Source of the DNA: Negativicutes bacterium | GTDB taxonomy: Bacteria; Bacillota; Negativicutes; UBA1444 | Assembly: GCA_963665275.2 (NCBI GenBank) | Contig: CAXXIN010000013.1 | Location: 160,001 to 224,000, forward strand | Reading direction: 5' to 3' | Length of the DNA stretch: 64,000 bases | Part shown: piece after piece, positions 58,228-64,000 of the stretch | Numbering within the stretch: the first letter of the stretch is position 1 | Layout: each line of letters starts with the position of its first letter | Translations under genes and position numbers: made by a program | The notes under the pieces: model-generated | Told to the model about the DNA's origin: nothing | The model's input: the letters and a program-made list of their open reading frames with translations, nothing else | The model's database searches: none

Positions 58228-59490
58228 TCAACCGATCTCCCGCAGAAACTCCTTCACTACGGCCGCGAAAATCGTCGGTCGTTCGATCTGATGCAAATGC
58301 GCCGCTTGCGGGATGACCGCCATCCTTGCATCAGGAAACGCCAGCTGGAAATCCTTCACTGTCGCCACTCCCGCTTCATCCCGGTCGCCGCACGTCAAGA
58401 GAACCGGCTCTGCGATCTCCGGCAACCGCTCTTTCAGGTCAAAGTCTTTCAGTTTGCCGGTGATCGTGAATTCACTCGGCCCCCACATCGTGTGGTAAAC
58501 GTCCTCATTTAGCCGGGCGCTCGCCGCCTCCAGAAAACCAGGCCAAGGAGAGAGCAGGCAAAGATGCCGCTCGTAATAAGCCATCACTGCCGCCTGATAT
58601 GCTTCGCCATAGTCACCGGCAGCTTCACCCTGCTCGATCGCCGCCCGGACTTCCGCAGGCATCCGGGAGATATTTCGCCGTTGATCGGCGTCCCAGGCAG
58701 GCGAAGATAGATAGGGCGCACACAAAACCACCCCTTTGATCCCGGCCGGTCGCTCCGCCAGCAAATACGCGCAGGCCAGCGCGCAACCCCACGAAAAACC
58801 CATCAATACCACTTCGTCCAGTTTCAGCGCCTGCCGCACCTCCGCCAGTTCCGCAACATACTGCTCCACCGAATAAAAGTCCGCATCAGCAGCCCGCTCA
58901 CTGTTGCCGCAACCCAGCTGGTCATAAAAATATACCGGTCGGTCTGCCCACAGCGCCTCCATCCCTTCGCTCATACTGAGGAAACCGGGACCGCCGTGCA
59001 GCACGAGCAGCGGCGTTTTTCGCAGTTCCTCCCCGTACACCGAAAACCAGATCTTCCCGTTCGCCGTCTCCACGAATCCTTCCCGCATCATGGGTTCTTC
59101 CATCCTCTTTAGACTTACAAGCTTATCGACAATTTCGACATCAGCCGGACAGAAAGAATAGTCCTGAAGTTCCGCAACCGAAACCCATTTGATTTGCTCA
59201 TGAACATTTACCGATATTTCTCCGCCAACAATTTCGGTTCTGAAAAAAGTGAATACCAATTCGTTGCCCGCAAGAGCATAGCTCGTCTGGCCAAATTCAT
59301 CAATCACCGTTATTTCAACACCCAGTTCTTCCTCGCATTCTCGGATAATGCACTCTGCCAGTGTCTCTCCCGGTTCGAGCTTCCCTCCAGGGAACTCCCA
59401 CAACAGCGGCAACGAATCATCGTTCGCCCGTTGGCAAATCAGATACTTGTCATCCTGATGAAAAATCGCGGCAGTAACATGGATTTTCAA
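58228..59490 (-). CDS. MutT/NudG-like NUDIX domain fused in frame to a proline iminopeptidase-family hydrolase
   Basis: WEFPGGKLEPGE..RECEEELG; then HGGPG, YDQLGCG, GFSWG, GPSEF, H. Confidence 0.88.
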   Translation of the reverse strand: MKIHVTAAIFHQDDKYLICQRANDDSLPLLWEFPGGKLEPGETLAECIIRECEEELGVEITVIDEFGQTSYALAGNELVFTFFRTEIVGGEISVNVHEQIKWVSVAELQDYSFCPADVEIVDKLVSLKRMEEPMMREGFVETANGKIWFSVYGEELRKTPLLVLHGGPGFLSMSEGMEALWADRPVYFYDQLGCGNSERAADADFYSVEQYVAELAEVRQALKLDEVVLMGFSWGCALACAYLLAERPAGIKGVVLCAPYLSSPAWDADQRRNISRMPAEVRAAIEQGEAAGDYGEAYQAAVMAYYERHLCLLSPWPGFLEAASARLNEDVYHTMWGPSEFTITGKLKDFDLKERLPEIAEPVLLTCGDRDEAGVATVKDFQLAFPDARMAVIPQAAHLHQIERPTIFAAVVKEFLREIG

Positions 59491-59540
59491 ACAAATTCAC
59501 CCTCCCGGAAATAGTAGTCAAGCCAATTCATAACCACTAG

Positions 59541-59565
59541 TTTCTACGTCACAGCACAGAATCCT
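59541..59565 (-). promoter_or_regulatory. SigH-like promoter
   Basis: AGGATTC-N12-taGAAA. Confidence 0.45.
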
Positions 59566-59574
59566 CTGGCAAAC

Positions 59575-60486
59575 TTATGATTCTTGTGACAGTTTGTTCG
59601 CCTGCGTCAATCGCTGGGTCGCAAAGGCAATGAACGCCCGCAGCGCCGGCGATATCCATTTATCCTTGTGGTACAACAGTTGGGATGTCACGGCGAAAGC
59701 CGGTCCGGCCCAAGCGAGCATCGCCAGCTTCCCAGCCTCTACTTCGGCCTCGACGGTTGCTCGCGGCAAAAAACCGAACCCCCAGTTGTTGGCGACGAAC
59801 TTCTTGATGACTTCCAGACTGCTGATCGACATAACGGACCCCGGCCGCACCTGGGACTGCAGCAAAATACTTTCGAACAACAGATGATAGCTGCAGGATT
59901 CCTCCGTCAGGATCAGCGGCTGCCCCTGCAAATCTTTGGGCAACACGCGTTTTTTGCGGGTCAGTGGATGACCGGGCGCCGCGATAACCACCATCGGTTC
60001 CTCCGCTAAAATCTGCGTCACAATATCCCCGGCAACACAGCGATTATCCAGCACGATCGCCACATCCACGACATTTTTGCGCAAGTGGTTGTAAAAATCA
60101 TCGCTGGTATCAAAGCGGATTTTCACCTCCACCTCTGGATAAAGCGCACGAAAATCGATCAATACATCTGTCAGGCGGTAGATGCACAGAGACTCCGCCG
60201 TCCCCAACTCGATCACCCCTTTGGGCGAAACCGAGCTGGAAATAACCTCTTTGGCTTCGTTCGATAAATTGAGCATCTTTTCCGCATAAGCATAAAACTG
60301 CCGCCCGTCCAACGTCAATTTGATTTGCTTGCCGATGCGTTCAAACAGCTGGGTTTGCAGCTCCTCTTCCAGCGTCTGAATATGAATGGTGATCGTGGAT
60401 TGGGCATAGCCGAGCGTAGCTGCCGCCCGCGTAAAATTCAGTTGTTTCGCTGCCTCCACGAACGTTGCCAACTGTCGAAAATCCAT
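59575..60486 (-). CDS. LysR family regulator
   Basis: MDFRQLATF..NFTRAA..LGYAQSTIT..LEEEL..LFER; divergent from the QueG-like gene. Confidence 0.93.
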   Translation of the reverse strand: MDFRQLATFVEAAKQLNFTRAAATLGYAQSTITIHIQTLEEELQTQLFERIGKQIKLTLDGRQFYAYAEKMLNLSNEAKEVISSSVSPKGVIELGTAESLCIYRLTDVLIDFRALYPEVEVKIRFDTSDDFYNHLRKNVVDVAIVLDNRCVAGDIVTQILAEEPMVVIAAPGHPLTRKKRVLPKDLQGQPLILTEESCSYHLLFESILLQSQVRPGSVMSISSLEVIKKFVANNWGFGFLPRATVEAEVEAGKLAMLAWAGPAFAVTSQLLYHKDKWISPALRAFIAFATQRLTQANKLSQES

Positions 60487-60628
60487 GTGAGCCACTCCCA
60501 TCAATCGCTTTTTTCGAATCATACCATCTAAACTATTCATTTTATCTATTGTTTTTCCCATGATATGATAAATCCCGAAAGAAGTCTACCCCCTCTAACA
60601 AAGACTTCGTGAAGGAGGAACGATTCGG

Positions 60629-61318
60629 ATGAAAAACATGGATGCAACGGCACTCAAACAGCAGGTGACACAGATGGGCGCGGACCTGTGCGGGATCGCG
60701 CCTGTCGATCGGTTCGCCCATGCGCCGACCGGGTTTCATCCGCAAGACATTCTTCCCGCCTGCCAAAGCATCATCGTAGTCGCAGTGCGCTTTCCGGCCA
60801 GTACGCTGACGGCGGGGAAATCACAGGCGGCCTACACCTTCGTGCGAAATCGGTTGGCGGACCAAGTGGACCGGATCACATTCCGTCTGGCGGAAGAACT
60901 GGAAGCCTCAGGGTATGCAGCCATCCCGATTCCCTCGACCGAACCCTATGAATCTTGGGATACGGAGCGGCGCCACGGACAAGGCATCCTGTCGCTGAAA
61001 CACGCCGCTGTGCTGGCAGGGCTGGGGAAAATGGGCAAAAATACGCTGCTGGTGAATCGCCGGTTCGGCAACCTCCTCTGGCTCGGCGCGCTCCTCGTCG
61101 ATGCCGATCTGGCGGCGGATGCTGTCGCACCCTATGCCACCTGTCCCGCCTCTTGCCGCATCTGCCTGGATTCCTGTCCGGCCCAGGCGCTGGACGGAAT
61201 CAGCATCGAGCAAAAAAAATGCCGCAGCGTATCCGGTCAATATACCGAAGGCGGCGGCGGGGTATATACCTGCAATATGTGCCGGAAAGTCTGCCCGAAT
61301 ATGCAGGGGGTGAACTAG
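60629..61318 (+). CDS. QueG-like (epoxyqueuosine reductase family) 4Fe-4S protein
   Basis: GADLCGIA, SLKHAAVLAGLG.MGKN, CPASCRICLDSCP, CNMCRKVCP. Confidence 0.85.
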   Translation: MKNMDATALKQQVTQMGADLCGIAPVDRFAHAPTGFHPQDILPACQSIIVVAVRFPASTLTAGKSQAAYTFVRNRLADQVDRITFRLAEELEASGYAAIPIPSTEPYESWDTERRHGQGILSLKHAAVLAGLGKMGKNTLLVNRRFGNLLWLGALLVDADLAADAVAPYATCPASCRICLDSCPAQALDGISIEQKKCRSVSGQYTEGGGGVYTCNMCRKVCPNMQGVN

Positions 61319-61319
61319 C

Positions 61320-61607
61320 ATGGAGCCATCAGCCCTGAGAATTCGTTCTGCCAATGAAGAGGATGTCGCAGCTATCTACCGCCTGCAATTTTGCGAAGGC
61401 TGGCCCCTCGAGCGTAGCGAAATCGCCCGCAACCTGCGGCAGCTATATGTCATGGAAAAAGAAACCCGGCTCATCGGCGTGCATCTGGCGGCGAAAAACA
61501 GAACGCCCCTGTATGCCCCGGCGGTCCATCCCCTGTTTCCGCAAAAAGCGGTCGAAGAAGTGTTGCTGCGCGGCGTGAAGCTGCTGGAGGCAGGAGGGCA
61601 CGGGTAA
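61320..61607 (+). CDS. Small GNAT-fold-like hypothetical protein
   Basis: IRSA..EDVAAI..L, AVHP; starts 1 bp after the upstream stop codon. Confidence 0.55.
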   Translation: MEPSALRIRSANEEDVAAIYRLQFCEGWPLERSEIARNLRQLYVMEKETRLIGVHLAAKNRTPLYAPAVHPLFPQKAVEEVLLRGVKLLEAGGHG

Positions 61608-61844
61608 AAGATGAATAGCCGGGTAGCTCAACTGCCTATCAACTGCACCCACACTTTGCGGGCCCGGGGTCCGTCAATTTCGCAAAAGTATATCCCCTGC
61701 CACGTTCCCAGACATAGCCGCATTTCTGCAACTCCTTGGTCTTTAATGTGCGTTCAATGCGGCGTTCCGCATCCATAAGCGTGCGCCAGATATTTGCAGA
61801 TTGCGATATCCCCGGCGATAAACTTCCTGCCGTTCGCGCCAAGT

Positions 61845-62903
61845 TTATCGCTGGGCAAATTCCCGCAACCCTCGGCGAAATTCCGCACTCTTGGGCAGCC
61901 TGTCCGCAAACCTGATTTCAATGCCGATTTGTTCACACAACTCCGCCAGTAGCATGAATAGTCGCTGCTGTTTTACCAATAGCCTGCGCGGTTTGCGCTC
62001 CATCTTCATCAGTATATCAAGCAGTATATCGCCCGCCAGCGTCTCTGAAGCGTTTTTGTCCTCTGCGAGTCCTGCGTATAGCGCCACCCCGTCGGCATGA
62101 TCAATAATGGTCAACATTTGGGGATAATATGGCCGCTCTTGGTCATGGATGGCAGCAGGCAGAAAAAACTGATCCAATTCCAGCGATTGTTTTTTTTGCG
62201 GCGGTAGTTTTTTTAATTTCTGCACCAACAACTGGTCGGATAACGTGATTCCGGCATACGCCATTTGTTCTTCCTGTTCGTGGAGAAAACGGCTTGCCCA
62301 TTCCAGTCCGGCGGCGGTCTTGCGAGGAACGCGAAGCATTATCTCATCGTCCGGCCCGAACAGGATATCGGTTGTTTGTGCTTTTTTGCATTCCGCAGCA
62401 ACATACAGCGCCTGCCCCAGAATGTGGGTCAGCGTTCGGCACTGCCTGCCGGTCAAACCCCATGGCGCCAACCCCGGAGTATAGTCGCGGAAGCAAGGCC
62501 ACTCGCCTCTGCCGCGGTATTTCAATCCAAGGCTTCGGATAACGGCTAGATCGCCCTTCTCCAGATTTTCACGATCATCAAGTGTAAAAGTCAACGCATC
62601 CTGCAAAAACATGAACTCCTCAGCCCATTCCACCATTTCGTCTTCATCTTCTATCTCCAGCATCTTGACTAAAAGCTGCAGCCCTTCGCTGCCACGGTAG
62701 GCGGCAAGCCCGAATTCCGTACCGCCACGCCCCATAATAGAGCAGTAATATCGCTGCCCATCCTCGGGGTCCTGCACGCCAAAAATCGCCGCATCATCTA
62801 CCCATTCCCAGCAGACTGCCCGCCTGAACTCATTTGCCGACGCATATAGATCACGCCACTGCTCAGCCGTTGGCGCTTCTTTTGCATCAACCGATTCTGC
62901 CAT
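61845..62903 (-). CDS. Conserved hypothetical protein
   Basis: ATG 62903 after ggagg; WEW, YCSIMG, GLAAYRG, LGLKYRGRGEWP.FR..PG..PW, ERPYYP. Confidence 0.75.
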   Translation of the reverse strand: MAESVDAKEAPTAEQWRDLYASANEFRRAVCWEWVDDAAIFGVQDPEDGQRYYCSIMGRGGTEFGLAAYRGSEGLQLLVKMLEIEDEDEMVEWAEEFMFLQDALTFTLDDRENLEKGDLAVIRSLGLKYRGRGEWPCFRDYTPGLAPWGLTGRQCRTLTHILGQALYVAAECKKAQTTDILFGPDDEIMLRVPRKTAAGLEWASRFLHEQEEQMAYAGITLSDQLLVQKLKKLPPQKKQSLELDQFFLPAAIHDQERPYYPQMLTIIDHADGVALYAGLAEDKNASETLAGDILLDILMKMERKPRRLLVKQQRLFMLLAELCEQIGIEIRFADRLPKSAEFRRGLREFAQR

Positions 62904-62922
62904 GAAATTCATCCTCCATTGA

Positions 62923-63118
62923 TCACTTTTTATGCGAACGAGTTGCGTCTTCTTGAAATTTTCCCCAATCCCGATAGTAGTTCTTGTGCGAAACAATCCA
63001 TTGCAAGCAAGATGTCTCAACGATAAAATTCGCTGACAAATTGGGATTTTGCAGCGCCGCTTCTCCAAGGGTCGCCCAATATTTGATCAGCATCAATACG
63101 AATGCTTGCCAACGCCAT
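62923..63118 (-). pseudogene. Collapsed ParD-like antitoxin / ParE-like toxin remnant
   Basis: MALASIRIDAD, then (frame change) IKYWATLGEAALQNPNLSANFI, joined to VSHKNYYRD. Confidence 0.55.
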
Positions 63119-63269
63119 TCTCGCAACCCTTCGTCTTACATTTCTTGTATTTATTGTATCACTAGGACACGTTTTTTCAATCACTTGAGCACAAAGCAAT
63201 AAACGCCATCAGAGCCGGTTCCGCAGCTTTCCGCAATAAAACAACGGCTCAACACTCACTGAAACTTCT

Positions 63270-63431
63270 TCAACACTTCCAGTCTTCATGCCCTACCGGC
63301 AACCAATTCAACGCTTCCTTAACAGATCTCCGTTTCGGCAGTCATATATCCATGCGGTCAATAAATCGGGCGTTATGTCGGCGTTCCGGAAGGTGCATCG
63401 TTTCATGCACCAAAATGCATTCCAGGCCTTC
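63270..63431 (-). pseudogene. C-terminal fragment of a YgjP/DUF45 (M48-like) metallopeptidase
   Basis: EGLECILVHETMHLPERRHNARFIDRMDI*LPKRRSVKEALNWLPVGHEDWKC*: HExxH motif, internal TGA at 63342-63344. Confidence 0.7.
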
Positions 63432-63447
63432 TGCCCTACTTGCATTA

Positions 63448-64000
63448 CTATTTAGCGCACCTGATTTTGCCTTTCGCACTCCCTTCTCCCGACAGATACT
63501 GAAGCATTACATCAACAAGAATCGGGTCAAATTGCCACCCGACGCACCGTATCAGCTCGGCTTTCACATCCTGGACCGTTAAAGCCGGACGATAAGGGCG
63601 AGGATTCAACATTGCATCCACCGCGTCCGCCACCGCAACGATCCGCGCTCCCTGGGAAATTTGGGCGCCACGCAAGCCATCCGGGTATCCCTTCCCATCC
63701 ATGCGCTCATGGTGATGCCGCACAATATCCGCCATCGGTTGAAAAGCACGTGCTTTGCCGATAATGTGATCGCCTATGACCGGATGCAGTTGAATCTGTT
63801 TCATCTCCTCTTTGGTTAAGGGAGCGGGTTTGTCTAAAATCGAATCCGGTATCCCAATTTTCCCAATGTCGTGCAGATGCGCCCCGATATGGATCATATC
63901 TTGTGCCTCTTTAGTCAATGCAAGCCGCCTGGCCATCCACAACGCCAACTCCGCAACCCGCCCGGAATGCCCGCAGGTATAGGAACTTTTTGCATCCAAG
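63448..64000 (-). CDS. HD-GYP phosphodiesterase, 5' end outside the window
   Basis: HSGRVA, LHDIGKIG, HHHERMDGKGYP, RPYR. Confidence 0.92.
   Translation of the reverse strand, partial: LDAKSSYTCGHSGRVAELALWMARRLALTKEAQDMIHIGAHLHDIGKIGIPDSILDKPAPLTKEEMKQIQLHPVIGDHIIGKARAFQPMADIVRHHHERMDGKGYPDGLRGAQISQGARIVAVADAVDAMLNPRPYRPALTVQDVKAELIRCVGWQFDPILVDVMLQYLSGEGSAKGKIRCAK

Noticed and set aside
61639-61842. 67-aa minus-strand ORF between convergent genes
   Set aside because: No recognisable motif or RBS; may be a remnant but cannot be supported
1-64000. Genome-wide TAG recoding
   Set aside because: Several genes end at TAG at their expected C-termini; only one in-frame amber was found

Overview
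Chromosomal window from a Negativicutes-like (probably Sporomusaceae) firmicute. This is inferred from TolC/LptA outer-membrane genes occurring alongside SigH-type and sigma54 promoters. Left to right: (1) a molybdenum locus with partial modD, a triple-frameshifted excisionase-HTH/molybdate-binding regulator and a degenerate IS481-transposase homologue; the modD and transposase-homologue leaders both carry terminators. (2) An rsgA paralogue behind an ermC-like leader-peptide attenuator. (3) A ~28 kb signalling island: six c-di-GMP enzymes, FIST, V4R, a PstS-like lipoprotein, two MCPs, PucR, and a sigma54 two-component system whose kinase has an in-frame amber codon. (4) A TetR/RND/lipase/TolC/LptA-like cluster. 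(5) A sigma54-controlled CoA-transferase/acyl-CoA dehydrogenase-like operon whose ACAD lacks both canonical catalytic Glu. (6) A PP2C sensor, a nucleoid-associated protein and a Nif11/SAP small-gene cluster. (7) A probable phosphate-stress region: olsBA-like genes, NUDIX, RMD1-CYTH/CHAD-pyruvate kinase, Pho-like boxes and a candidate sRNA. (8) A MutT-proline iminopeptidase fusion, LysR/QueG-like genes, decayed TA and YgjP remnants, and a partial HD-GYP gene. No rRNA, tRNA, CRISPR array or intact mobile element was seen. All family assignments are by eye from motifs; no searches were run.
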